Virus record (IMG/VR): IMGVR_UViG_3300032223_002658
Span: 1-64,000 of that record
Reading direction: 5' to 3' (one strand)
DNA length: 64,000 nucleotides
From: a virus
Of the stretch, positions 1 through 10,104 are shown one piece after another. Positions within the stretch are counted from its first letter, which is position 1, and each line of letters begins with the position of its first letter. A program made the translations under genes and the position numbers. Below the pieces are notes generated by a model, which saw only the letters and a list, made by a program, of their open reading frames with translations, searched no databases and had not been told where the DNA came from.

Positions 1-1
1 T

Positions 2-289
2 ATAGACAGAGAGTTCATAAATGAGCACGCACAACAAGCCAAAGATTATTTTAGGGTTGCGCTAATAGAACAAATAGAAAAATATGGTGTTCCAACTAAT
101 GTAACTCGCGCATACGGTGGTGGTCCAATAGAAGCAGTTAAATCAAAAGAGGATTCTTCTGAAAGACAACGCAGAGTAAAAGAAGATCTTGAAGACGCAA
201 TTGCTAAAATATTGAAGAAGGGCGATCCAAAACAAATAGCAGCATTGAAAATTCTTGCGCAAAAAGCTGGCGTTCAACTTAAAATATAG
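2..289 (+). CDS. Partial CDS (3' end), hypothetical; probably neck/tail-completion region
   Basis: Frame 2 is open from the window edge (IDREFINEHAQQ...AGVQLKI) to TAG at 287-289; same strand as the tail module. Confidence 0.6.
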   Translation: MDREFINEHAQQAKDYFRVALIEQIEKYGVPTNVTRAYGGGPIEAVKSKEDSSERQRRVKEDLEDAIAKILKKGDPKQIAALKILAQKAGVQLKI

Positions 290-299
290 GAAAATAAAT

Positions 300-1244
300 A
301 TGCCATTCAGAGACATTAAATATTTAGGACAGTATAGTGCTCGCTCACAAATCCGCGAAAATTTGATTTGGAGATTGAGAGAGGCCTTTACAAATATTGG
401 ATCTTATTATAATGTAAGTTCTGGAACTTATTCTTATGATGGTATAACAGATATGTGTTTATTAAAGCCAGCTTTCAGATCTGAGATATCAAGCACATCT
501 ACTGGATATAAATTTTGGCAAGGCATAAGCCCTGATTGGGTTTGGGAATCTGCTTCCTCTCAATATGATGGTGGAGAAAATCCAATAGTCGTTTCTGGTG
601 TCACAATAAATGGCACTTTTTATCCCACTGGTACAATTGGTCAGTATGCTTTTTATGTTGATTATTCTCGTGGAGGAATTGTTTTTAATAATGAGCTTAA
701 CTCAAATACTCAAATTTACTGCAATAGATCTGAAAGAGCCGTATTTATATATCCAACAAAGTCTTCAAAGTATAAAACTCTTTTTGTTGAGCACTTAAAA
801 AGATTTGAGAATTATACTCCAGGCTCTGGAAATGATTCAATGCCAAACGAATTAAGATCATTTCTACCAGCAGTATTTGTCGATGTCACGCAATCAAATG
901 GAGAGCCTTTCCAACTTGGCGATATAACCAATTTACAACACTACACAATATCACTAGATGTTATTGCAGAAGATGCTGCTTTACATGATACGCTTGTTGA
1001 TGCTACGCTATCGCTAGCAAGCCAAGGAATAAAAATGTTTGATGTAAATCAAGTTGTATCAAACAAAAAAATGCCTTTAAATTATAAAGGTGAGGTTGAG
1101 AACAAAACTACATCTGATGCATTATATACGCTATACCCATGGAAAACTGGAAGATTTGATAATAATCCAGTTGAAATAGAAGGGTATACTGCTCTTCCAC
1201 TATATAAATCTACAGTAACAATAGATTTTGAGATAGTATCATAA
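300..1244 (+). CDS. Putative tail terminator/tail-completion protein
   Basis: ATG at 300 (MPFRDIK) preferred over TTG at 255; C-terminal LPAVFVD...FQLG...ISLDVIAE pattern; directly upstream of the tail tube gene. Confidence 0.5.
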   Translation: MPFRDIKYLGQYSARSQIRENLIWRLREAFTNIGSYYNVSSGTYSYDGITDMCLLKPAFRSEISSTSTGYKFWQGISPDWVWESASSQYDGGENPIVVSGVTINGTFYPTGTIGQYAFYVDYSRGGIVFNNELNSNTQIYCNRSERAVFIYPTKSSKYKTLFVEHLKRFENYTPGSGNDSMPNELRSFLPAVFVDVTQSNGEPFQLGDITNLQHYTISLDVIAEDAALHDTLVDATLSLASQGIKMFDVNQVVSNKKMPLNYKGEVENKTTSDALYTLYPWKTGRFDNNPVEIEGYTALPLYKSTVTIDFEIVS

Positions 1245-1245
1245 T

Positions 1246-1256
1246 TGTGTATATTT
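1246..1256 (+). promoter_or_regulatory. Putative late promoter motif TGTGTATATTT
   Basis: GTGTAT core at 1247-1252, then GGAG RBS and ATG 1276; core recurs before many virion-type genes. Confidence 0.55.
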
Positions 1257-1275
1257 ACAAGGAGATAAATCTTAA

Positions 1276-2427
1276 ATGGCTGACAACAAAAGACTCTATT
1301 ACGCTACATACGGCGCTGGTATTTCAAGAAATAGCACTAGCGCTGGAATTTCAACAGGCTGGATTCCGGTAAGCGGTCTTCAGACTGTTGGTATAAATAC
1401 TACATTCAACATAGATGAAGTATTCCAGCTTGGTCAATTAGATACTTTTGATAATCCAGAAAACATGCCACAAATAGAATGTACCATGGAACAACTTTTT
1501 TGTGGTTCAACTCTATTACCAATGCTTGCGACTCAAGGTGCTACAACAGGCACTCTTGTTGGTAGATTTTCAAATGAAACATGCAACATTGCTGTAGGTT
1601 TCTGGAGTGACACAACTGATATTATTGGTACTGGCACTGGTTATGGCAATGCTCCAAGCGGAACATGCATAATGAGCGGTATGTATGTAAGCTCAATCAC
1701 TGTAAATATGCCTGTTGATGGAAACATGAGCAACAGTGTGACATTTGTTGGAAACAACAAGCTTTGGGTTTATGGCACTGGTACAGCTGGTCAAGGTCCA
1801 GCCACTGGTTACTATCCAACAAGCTTTGGTGCTGCAATTGAATCAACTGGCGTTCGCAGAAGATTTAGCTTCAATCCAACCGGTTCAATTCTTCCAAGAA
1901 GTGTTGCCGGTGTAAGACCAATTGCTGCATTCAGCGCATCTCTACCAGCATCTGGGCAAAGTGCAACAGGCGAAGATGGCGGATACTTACCAAGAATTCA
2001 ATCTATTCAAATTACCACTGACTTTGGCAGACCAGAGATCTTCCAGCTTGGTAAGCGTTCACCATACTGCCGTTACATCGATTTCCCTGTTGAAGTAAAA
2101 ACAACTATTGAAATTGTTGACCGTGGTGGTGACAAGATCGTTGCTCTTGATAGCCAAACCAACTTGACAAATGAGCCAATCATAATTGGCCTTGAAGATA
2201 ATACAATCTTTGATCTTGGCCTAAAGAACAAACTCACATCAATTTCAAATAGTGGTGGTGACACAGGTAAGGGTAATAGAAAAACTACTTATAACTACAG
2301 CAACTATAACTCTTTCTATATCAGAGATCAAAAAGACATAACAAGCACAAGCATAAAGACACAGCTTCTATCTACTGGTGGAGCTTCAGTTGCAGTCGCT
2401 GGAACCTTCTCTGGAACCCCAACTTAA
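1276..2427 (+). CDS. Major tail tube protein
   Basis: Beta-rich, G/S/T-rich; two internal repeats (GLQTVGINTTFNIDEVFQLG / RIQSIQITTDFGRPEIFQLG); strong RBS, terminator after, upstream of chaperones and tape measure. Confidence 0.7.
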   Translation: MADNKRLYYATYGAGISRNSTSAGISTGWIPVSGLQTVGINTTFNIDEVFQLGQLDTFDNPENMPQIECTMEQLFCGSTLLPMLATQGATTGTLVGRFSNETCNIAVGFWSDTTDIIGTGTGYGNAPSGTCIMSGMYVSSITVNMPVDGNMSNSVTFVGNNKLWVYGTGTAGQGPATGYYPTSFGAAIESTGVRRRFSFNPTGSILPRSVAGVRPIAAFSASLPASGQSATGEDGGYLPRIQSIQITTDFGRPEIFQLGKRSPYCRYIDFPVEVKTTIEIVDRGGDKIVALDSQTNLTNEPIIIGLEDNTIFDLGLKNKLTSISNSGGDTGKGNRKTTYNYSNYNSFYIRDQKDITSTSIKTQLLSTGGASVAVAGTFSGTPT

Positions 2428-2450
2428 TATAAGTTTTACAACAAAAATAA

Positions 2451-2479
2451 AGACCCGGCCAAACAGCCGGGTTCTTTCT
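2451..2479 (+). terminator. Intrinsic terminator
   Basis: ACCCGGC-CAAACA-GCCGGGT stem-loop followed by TCTTTCT, just after the tail tube stop. Confidence 0.75.
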
Positions 2480-2489
2480 ATAATATAAA

Positions 2490-3533
2490 GTGGAATTATC
2501 TTCAGAAAAAATTGCTTCAATTATATCTGGAGAATTTTCTATTTCAGTACATGGAAAAAGTTTTGTATACAAACAACCTGGCTTGATGACCATAAACAAA
2601 GTTTTAAGAAGATATGGAAACATAGAAGAAAACTTAAAAAAAGATGGATTCTTGACAGAAGAGGAAGAGAAAAAACTTCTTTATGAAAAAGGGTTATGGT
2701 CTGATGAGCTTGAAGAAATGGTTCGTTCATCAAAAGAAACAATAATACAATTAAGTTCAGCAATAGTTGATGCGGAGTTCAGATCTGTTGAAAAAAACTT
2801 TTTAACAAATAAAAAAAGAGAGCTAGAAAAACTAATATCAAAGCTTAATTCTGACAAGAATACTTTTATATATCAAACCATTGCGTATAATAAAATAAAA
2901 CTTGAGTATATGTATCTTCTTCCGTACACCATTTTTTTAAATGGCAATAAATACTGGAACACAGTAGAAGAGTTTGATAATGATACGGACTCAGGTTTAA
3001 TAAATGAAATAATAAATGCTGTTTCTGGCTCATTTTATTCAGAGGCAGAAATACGTAAAATGGCTAGATCAGAACCTTGGAGATCAATGTGGAAAACTTA
3101 CTCAAAAGGTGGTGGTCAGCTATTTGATTGTCCAATTGCTGATATGTGCAGATCACAAAGAGACTTATGTTATTGGTCTAATATATATGATAATGTATTT
3201 GATAGTCATGAAAGACCAGATTGGTCAATCATAGATGATGATTCTGAATTGGATATTTGGTTTGAAAATCAATATAATAAAGCCACAAAGACTGCAAGTT
3301 CTGGGCCAATAAGCATGAATCCAAAAATAGCAAATGCAAAAGAAGTATTTGTTGTTGCAGAGACACCAAAAGATGCAGAAAAAGTGTATTCAAAAATGAA
3401 TACGTCGGCAGCTCTTTCAGATATAAAACAAAGGAACAAGACGCTGCTGGATTCTGGAGTAATGGCTGAATATCAATTGCCGGATGTAAAAGTTGATATA
3501 CAAATGCAGCAAAACAGGAACCAAATGCAATGA
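2490..3533 (+). CDS. Tail assembly chaperone-like protein, long (gpGT-like) form
   Basis: Between tube and tape measure; N-terminal ~180 aa align by eye with the 3885-4550 protein, plus a Trp/acidic C-terminal extension. Confidence 0.55.
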   Translation: MELSSEKIASIISGEFSISVHGKSFVYKQPGLMTINKVLRRYGNIEENLKKDGFLTEEEEKKLLYEKGLWSDELEEMVRSSKETIIQLSSAIVDAEFRSVEKNFLTNKKRELEKLISKLNSDKNTFIYQTIAYNKIKLEYMYLLPYTIFLNGNKYWNTVEEFDNDTDSGLINEIINAVSGSFYSEAEIRKMARSEPWRSMWKTYSKGGGQLFDCPIADMCRSQRDLCYWSNIYDNVFDSHERPDWSIIDDDSELDIWFENQYNKATKTASSGPISMNPKIANAKEVFVVAETPKDAEKVYSKMNTSAALSDIKQRNKTLLDSGVMAEYQLPDVKVDIQMQQNRNQMQ

Positions 3534-3907
3534 ATTACAGGGAAGCGCGAGAAAAAATAAAACTAATACAAGCGCAAAGACTAAAAGAACTAAATTGCAA
3601 CAGATGTGAAGAAATATTGAAGAAATCAACAGCTTCTCATGTTGATACAGTATTTGTTGGAGCTGTTTCAAAAATAGAAGAATTCTTTGGTATTTTATGG
3701 GGAGAATCAGAAGAGCTTGAAGAAGAGTCAATGACAGCAGAACAGAAAAAATGGTACAATAAGTTTATGGATTTGCGAGATGCCATTTTTGATCAAGGAA
3801 ATCTTGAAAAAAAGAAAATGCTCAATGAAATTGGATGCTTTAAAATAACACTGAAGGACACTAAAATACATGCAGGAAACAAAAATGGAAAACGTCAAGA
3901 TATTTGA
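3530..3907 (+). CDS. Hypothetical protein (tail assembly region)
   Basis: 125-aa ORF, ATGA-coupled to the upstream gene. Confidence 0.6.
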   Translation: MNYREAREKIKLIQAQRLKELNCNRCEEILKKSTASHVDTVFVGAVSKIEEFFGILWGESEELEEESMTAEQKKWYNKFMDLRDAIFDQGNLEKKKMLNEIGCFKITLKDTKIHAGNKNGKRQDI

Positions 3908-4550
3908 GTACAACAACCAAAAGTACAAGATAGTAAAGCCATCAAACAAAACTCGCAGAGAAAGCGATGCTGTATATGCTAAAGCTTATAGAGAAGCCAT
4001 AGCAAGTGGTCTATTTCTAGAAGCTGAAATTGAAAAAATTCTAAAAGAACGCGGCCTAGATAGGTATTCTCAAGAAGAGTCAAGAAAAGAAACAGAAAAG
4101 CAAATTGATAGGCTTCTGGTTAAACTAGAACTTTGTAATAAAAAAGAAGATGGGTTGCCAATTGTAGATCAAATAAAAGACTTGCGAAAGATCATGGATG
4201 AAGTTGACAGCGCTAGATATGAGTTGAATTCACAATCAGCGAATCTGTTCGCAGAAAATAAAAGATTTAATTATTATGCTTTTGCTTGCTGCTCAATGGA
4301 ATCAGGCGAAAAGGTTTGGAGTTCATTTAAAGAGTTTGAAGAAGATGATTCTGATTTGGCAAACAAGGCAGCTACAGAAATAATGGCTTTTATCTATGAG
4401 GGCACACAAGAAATTTTAAGACAGATTGAAAAAATGAGACCAGAAAATGAATGGCTTGAGAAGCATGGAGAAAAACCAAACAAGTCATTTATAGATGATG
4501 CAATCAAGGAAAAGACTCCAAAGCAGAAAAAAAAGACCTCAGTTAAATAA
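3885..4550 (+). CDS. Tail assembly chaperone-like protein, short (gpG-like) form
   Basis: Immediately before tape measure; charged and helical; paralog of the 2490-3533 N-terminus; start MENVKIF inferred. Confidence 0.55.
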   Translation: MENVKIFEYNNQKYKIVKPSNKTRRESDAVYAKAYREAIASGLFLEAEIEKILKERGLDRYSQEESRKETEKQIDRLLVKLELCNKKEDGLPIVDQIKDLRKIMDEVDSARYELNSQSANLFAENKRFNYYAFACCSMESGEKVWSSFKEFEEDDSDLANKAATEIMAFIYEGTQEILRQIEKMRPENEWLEKHGEKPNKSFIDDAIKEKTPKQKKKTSVK

Positions 4551-4553
4551 AAA

Positions 4554-4578
4554 CCTCTAGTGTATAATACATAGAGGA
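4554..4578 (+). promoter_or_regulatory. Late promoter motif (AGTGTATAAT) inside a hairpin that covers the tape measure RBS
   Basis: CCTCTA(4554-59) pairs with TAGAGG(4572-77) and TGTA with TACA; GTGTAT at 4560-65; GAGGA RBS in the 3' arm. Confidence 0.5.
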
Positions 4579-4584
4579 TTACTA

Positions 4585-7500
4585 GTGGCTGAGGACTTCT
4601 TTTTAAGATTTGGTGCAATAGTTAGCACTGTAAGAATTAATCAAGCGGCGCTTAAAAGCGCTTCTGATGCTATAAAATCTGCTATAGGCACAAAAGCTGC
4701 CGTAGATATAGATGTTAATTTCAAACAAGGTGACGCCAAACTTGTTGTTGACCAGATAAAAAAAATCCAAAAAGAAGCCTCGGATATATTTGGTAAAGCT
4801 CGTGTTGGTGGAGGAAGCGCCACTCCAAAACAAATAGAGCTTCTTGTAAAAAATCTTGAATCTGTACGAGCTGCATCAGTTTCAGTTAATGAAGCTTTAA
4901 AGTTAATAAATATTAATCCATCTTCTTTCAAGGGTGCTGAAAATATAAAAACCGAGCTGCTTAAACTTCAACAAGAGTTGAGGGTTTTAAGAAGAGAGGG
5001 TGAAGCAAAAGTAAAAATAAACTTTGATGAGCAGGCGCTTGACAGAGCATTAGAAAAAACACAAAGACTAAAAACATCCATACAATCAAGACAAAACGTT
5101 TTAGGTTCAGCAATATCTCAATACATCAGAGCGCGCTCAACTCAAGAAGAACAAAGGGTGCAACTTTCACCTGGATATGTACCACAGTCAAGGTTTGATA
5201 TCAGAGCAGAAGCTCTTGCGATGTTTAAACCAAAGTCAGCTAAAGATCTTGATGATGTAAACAATCTAATCAATAAAGTCCGAGCAAAAACGCAGGATGT
5301 AACATCTGCTGTATTTGAACAAACAAAAGCTGTAAAAGAACAATCAAAAGAGGAGAGGATTCGTGTAGCAAATGCAGAGCGCCTATTTGCTATTGAGCAA
5401 CAGATACAAAAAACGATAGAGAGAGAGGTTGCTTCTGAATCCGCACGCGTAAAATTGGCAGCTGCAAAAGGTATTGCATATACGCCAAAAAGTAGAGCAG
5501 ACATAGAGGCGTCTATTAGATCTTCACCAGAAGTAGCTGGAGCTTTAGGGTCTGGACAAGTAAGCAGGCTGCAAACAATGCAAGCAAATGCTGTTTTAAG
5601 AGCGCAACAAGAAACAGCATTAAGATCAGAAAGACAAGCTCTAAAAGAAGTAAATGCTCTTGAATCAAATAAATCAAGATTACTTGATCAAGAAGAAAAA
5701 AAACGCTCACAAATTAGAAAAAATTTGCAAGATGTGTACGATACTCTTTCAAAAATAAATACAATCGCCGCAAAATCTGGCGGTCAATATAATCCACTTT
5801 CAAAAAGAGATCTTGCGCAGAGAGCACTGGATGTATCCGGTCTTAATGGAGTAGACATTTCAACACTTTCTGGTGGCAGGCTTGATTCAACACTGGGAGC
5901 CACAAAAAAGAAAACAAAAGAAGCAAAAGAAGCAATGGCTGAGTTCAAAGACATGCTTCGCGGTGTTGAGCGTGGAACAGTAAGCCCACTGCAATTTATT
6001 TCTCGTTTTGGAGATTCATTTCAGAGACTTGGCGCTCAAGTCACATTGGCAACCCAAAGAATACTTGGTTATGTAGTTGGCGCATCTGCTGTTTATGGAA
6101 CAATAGCATTTATAAGACAATCAACTGAAGAATTTTTTGCTCTTGAGCAACAACTCACAAAAGTCGCTCAAACAATGGAAAGAACTGGAAATGCAAAAGA
6201 AAGAGCAACTCAACTTTCTGGATTTGTAAAATCAACTGGCGCTGAATTAGGAATAGAACCATCAAAATTAGCATCTGGCATCAGTACACTTGCTCAAGCT
6301 GGATATACTGATGTTGCACAAATAGAAGAAGCAATACGCGCTGTATCCGAAGCTCAACTTGGACCAAGTTTTGGAAATCAAGAACAAATAATAGATGGTT
6401 TAATTGCTACTTACAGACAATTTAATTTAACGCTAAGCGATACAAGAACAATTCTTGATGTAATAAATCAGTTTTCAAAAGAATATGCTGTCGAATCAAA
6501 AGACATATTTGAGATAATTAAACGTGGTGGCTCTGCATTTTCTGTTCTTGGTGGATCATTTGAAGGGTTTGTAAAAATTTCATCTGCTTTAAGACAAGAA
6601 ACAAGAGAGTCTGCATCAGCAATAGGAACATCGTTAAAAACAATAACGACTTCTTTATTTAAACCAAAATTTGAAAAATTCTTATTTAAACTTGATCCAA
6701 AAATTCTTGAAGAACTTGACCCTGAAAGAAGATTATTTGCAGTATCAAAAGCATTTGGAAAGTTGAATGGTCCATCAGAAAAAGTTGCTGCAATACAAGA
6801 ATTTATTGATGTCAGAAATGCTCCTAGAGTTCTAGCATTATTTCAAGCATTATCAAAAGAAGCCGACAATTTAAATGAAACAGCTTCTAGAGCTGCAGGC
6901 TCAATACTTAGAGATGCAATTATAAAGCTTGATACAGTTGGTAATGCTATAGACAGGGCAAAAATATCTTTACAAAATGCAGCTATAAATCTTTATGATA
7001 ATCCATTTGCCGTTCAATTTATTAAAACAGTAAGTGGATTCTCTGCTGGAGTTGGAAATTTATTAGCTAGCAAAGTTGTTGGAACTGTAACAGCACCAGC
7101 TATTGCGGGAACTGCAATATATGCTCTTACAAATATAATAAGATCATCTATACAAACATATTTGAATTTAATTAATTCAAATAATAAACTTGCTTTAAAT
7201 CTTGAAAAACTAAATGCAAGCATGGCAATATTAAATAATTCATTTGTCGCATACTCAGGAAAAGGGTCTATTATAGCCGGAGGTGTTGGTGGAGCAGCTG
7301 GTAGTGCTGGTGGTGGAGCAAAAGGAATATTTGGAAAAATAGGTGGGTTTTTTGGAACTAATTTAGGTCAAAGCATAGCGGGATTTGTTGGTTCTTCATT
7401 TATAGATCAAATATCTTCATCGGTTCAAGAATCAAATCCTGGTGCTGCTGGTGGATTAAAAATTGCTTCTGGTGGATTGCAGGGTTTTGCAATAAGCAGG

Positions 7501-10101
7501 GCGCTTGGTTTAGGCACAAAAGGAACAATAGGTGGATCAATAATTGGCGCTGGTATAGAAGCTTATAATCAATATTCTCAAATGCGGGCTACTGCAGAAC
7601 TTGAACAACAGAGAAGACAGCAAGAAATTTTTTCTAGAAGAACTCTTGAAACAAGAAAGTTCATTTCAACTGGATCAGCAGGAAAAAACTTTCAAGCAAC
7701 ATTTGGTCCACAAATAGAAAAGTATTTTATAGATAGAACACAGTCTGATGAAAAGCTTTTGATGTTGATGCAAAGTATTGTAACTCCAACAAAGGGAAGA
7801 ACTGAAACAGAGGCTGACTTAAGAAAATTTTTACCAAAAGTATCTGGAAAAAAATTTAGTGAATCAGAATTAAAAGATATTATAACAAATTTGACAGAAC
7901 CTGGAGGCGAAGGCGCTCAAGCAAAAGAGCTTTTGATGCAAACATATAAATTTGCAGCAATACGCGCTCAACAGAAGGGTCTTTTTGGAAAGGCAAGAGA
8001 GGACGCTGTAAAAGGAGAAATAAACACCCTTTTACAAAGAAGTGGCGTTTCATATAAAACTGAGACAATTGATTCTGTATTTAAATCATTGTCTGAAACA
8101 ATAGGAGATACCACTGGAGTATTGATAAATTTTGAAGAGGCAATGACTGAATTCAAAAACAGTTCAGATATGGCTGCTGCAGCTGTGTTATCATCTCTTA
8201 AAATTTCAACAGATGCTATTGAAAGAAAAAGAGAGCTTCGCGCTGGAAAATTCCTTGGATCAACACAACTTCAAAATATATTTGATAGTCAAAGATTTTT
8301 TAGTGGAGAAGGAGCCTCTCTTCCATCAACGGCTACAACTGGCGATTTAGCAAAATTAGGATTTGGTGGATTGGCAAATCCAGCACTTCAAAGAAGAGCA
8401 TCGTTGATAAATGATTTTGTAAATAAATTTAGAGCAAGTCCAGAATCAGGAGCGCTTCTATCAAGATTTAACAAGAAGTTTTTACAGGGCGTTGAAGGAC
8501 AAGCTACTGAATCAAATATAACAACTAGAACAGATGTCGCTTCAGAAATTCAAGATATCACAACGATTAAAAGAAAAATAGAAGATTATTACGGATTTAT
8601 TAAAAAATTAGCTCCAGATTTTTATGCTGAAATATTAAAAAATCCATTTGCAATAGATTTAGAAGAGCTTGGAAAATTAATTCAGTCTGGAGAAGTTCGT
8701 CCGGGAGAAAAAATGTTGCGTCTTGATGAAATGAGAGCCGCAGCAATAGACAGCATAAATGCGATGATACGAGATCAAAACGACGCGCTGAAACAATCAA
8801 ATGATCTTGCTGAACTAAATCTTCAAAAGAGATTTCAGGCTGTAGATATAGAGATGCAGATAGCAAAAATAAGAAGCGAAGGAGCAATAAGTGGAATTGA
8901 CATCTCTCAATCTGTTGGCTTGCTAGGACAATCTGATGCTGCAAAACAAAAAGCTGGCGCTCTTGGAAATTTAGCAGAATCATTTATGAACACCAGTTTA
9001 TTTACTGGAGGAAAAACAAATATTTCAACAATAAGCTATTTAAATAAAACGCTTGTAGATGTGCAGAAAAATTTTAAAACTCTTTCTGGAAATGTTCAAT
9101 CTAATAGTTATCTTGGAGGACAAAACTCAAATAATTTACTTGGGTTTGCAACATATATAAATTCAGTAATATCAAATTCAAAATTAAATATTAAGGGTGT
9201 AAATGTAAAAGAAACAAATCCTCAAAATCTTCTTGCTGATACTATGCGCGCATTCAATGAGGCCAAGTCAGAAATACCAAAAATTGCTGAGCTTTTCAAT
9301 TCTGGTTTGGATGTAATGAAGCAAAAGATAATGGTGACAGTACAAGATATTCAATCAAGAATACAATCTGGAACAGGATTTATTAAAGATATGTTCTCAC
9401 AAGTTTTTGGTGGAACAATGGAACAAAGCTACACTGCTCAATTTGATATTCAGCAGGCCAGAGATGCAATATCAGGAATAGTAACAGAATTGCAATCAAG
9501 AGGTATAGGACCATCAGATCTTGAAAATCAAAAAAATCTTCTTACCAATACTGGCATCCAATCATTTGCGGAAGATATTGTTTCTAAATTATTCGGATCT
9601 CAAGAGCTTGGAAAAGTTATTGATCTTGCAAAAAGAGCTGGCAGCAATACATTTGGAACAACAGGTTATACCGGGGAAGAAATATTAAATCTAATAACTT
9701 TAGCTGGTGGTAAAAATAAAATTCAAGAAATGACAGGATTTGGTATGGATTTTGCGAGTCTATATACTGATATAGAAACAAGTATAAAAGATCTTGCAAC
9801 AATAACAAATGATCAAATTACAGCGCAAAAAGACGCAATAAATATAATTCAAAATCAAACCACTTTAATATCTGAAAGCACATCAGCTTTAGCTAAAGCT
9901 CTTGAAAGCATACCTGAAACAATTAAGGTGCAAATAAGTGGTGTAGACAAGATTGATCTTACACTTAGAACATCTACAGCAAAAGAAGATATGGACAATA
10001 TAAAAGCTGCGGTTACAGATCAAGTAGTAGAGTATATCAGAAGAGCACTTGAAACATCTGGAATAATGGTTCCAACGCTTGGCGCACCAGGAGTTAAATA
10101 A
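4585..10101 (+). CDS. Tail tape measure protein
   Basis: 1838 aa, helical/Ala-rich; TP901-type core (LAQAGY...LDVINQFSKEYAVESKDI...RESASAIGTSLKTI); Gly-rich hydrophobic middle segments. Confidence 0.9.
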   Translation: MAEDFFLRFGAIVSTVRINQAALKSASDAIKSAIGTKAAVDIDVNFKQGDAKLVVDQIKKIQKEASDIFGKARVGGGSATPKQIELLVKNLESVRAASVSVNEALKLININPSSFKGAENIKTELLKLQQELRVLRREGEAKVKINFDEQALDRALEKTQRLKTSIQSRQNVLGSAISQYIRARSTQEEQRVQLSPGYVPQSRFDIRAEALAMFKPKSAKDLDDVNNLINKVRAKTQDVTSAVFEQTKAVKEQSKEERIRVANAERLFAIEQQIQKTIEREVASESARVKLAAAKGIAYTPKSRADIEASIRSSPEVAGALGSGQVSRLQTMQANAVLRAQQETALRSERQALKEVNALESNKSRLLDQEEKKRSQIRKNLQDVYDTLSKINTIAAKSGGQYNPLSKRDLAQRALDVSGLNGVDISTLSGGRLDSTLGATKKKTKEAKEAMAEFKDMLRGVERGTVSPLQFISRFGDSFQRLGAQVTLATQRILGYVVGASAVYGTIAFIRQSTEEFFALEQQLTKVAQTMERTGNAKERATQLSGFVKSTGAELGIEPSKLASGISTLAQAGYTDVAQIEEAIRAVSEAQLGPSFGNQEQIIDGLIATYRQFNLTLSDTRTILDVINQFSKEYAVESKDIFEIIKRGGSAFSVLGGSFEGFVKISSALRQETRESASAIGTSLKTITTSLFKPKFEKFLFKLDPKILEELDPERRLFAVSKAFGKLNGPSEKVAAIQEFIDVRNAPRVLALFQALSKEADNLNETASRAAGSILRDAIIKLDTVGNAIDRAKISLQNAAINLYDNPFAVQFIKTVSGFSAGVGNLLASKVVGTVTAPAIAGTAIYALTNIIRSSIQTYLNLINSNNKLALNLEKLNASMAILNNSFVAYSGKGSIIAGGVGGAAGSAGGGAKGIFGKIGGFFGTNLGQSIAGFVGSSFIDQISSSVQESNPGAAGGLKIASGGLQGFAISRALGLGTKGTIGGSIIGAGIEAYNQYSQMRATAELEQQRRQQEIFSRRTLETRKFISTGSAGKNFQATFGPQIEKYFIDRTQSDEKLLMLMQSIVTPTKGRTETEADLRKFLPKVSGKKFSESELKDIITNLTEPGGEGAQAKELLMQTYKFAAIRAQQKGLFGKAREDAVKGEINTLLQRSGVSYKTETIDSVFKSLSETIGDTTGVLINFEEAMTEFKNSSDMAAAAVLSSLKISTDAIERKRELRAGKFLGSTQLQNIFDSQRFFSGEGASLPSTATTGDLAKLGFGGLANPALQRRASLINDFVNKFRASPESGALLSRFNKKFLQGVEGQATESNITTRTDVASEIQDITTIKRKIEDYYGFIKKLAPDFYAEILKNPFAIDLEELGKLIQSGEVRPGEKMLRLDEMRAAAIDSINAMIRDQNDALKQSNDLAELNLQKRFQAVDIEMQIAKIRSEGAISGIDISQSVGLLGQSDAAKQKAGALGNLAESFMNTSLFTGGKTNISTISYLNKTLVDVQKNFKTLSGNVQSNSYLGGQNSNNLLGFATYINSVISNSKLNIKGVNVKETNPQNLLADTMRAFNEAKSEIPKIAELFNSGLDVMKQKIMVTVQDIQSRIQSGTGFIKDMFSQVFGGTMEQSYTAQFDIQQARDAISGIVTELQSRGIGPSDLENQKNLLTNTGIQSFAEDIVSKLFGSQELGKVIDLAKRAGSNTFGTTGYTGEEILNLITLAGGKNKIQEMTGFGMDFASLYTDIETSIKDLATITNDQITAQKDAINIIQNQTTLISESTSALAKALESIPETIKVQISGVDKIDLTLRTSTAKEDMDNIKAAVTDQVVEYIRRALETSGIMVPTLGAPGVK

Positions 10102-10104
10102 TCC

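Noticed and set aside
3530-3907. Programmed frameshift joining the chaperone ORFs (A-runs near 3806 and the 3870-3907 overlap)
   Set aside because: A-runs are ubiquitous here, each ORF has its own start, and paralogy explains the long and short forms
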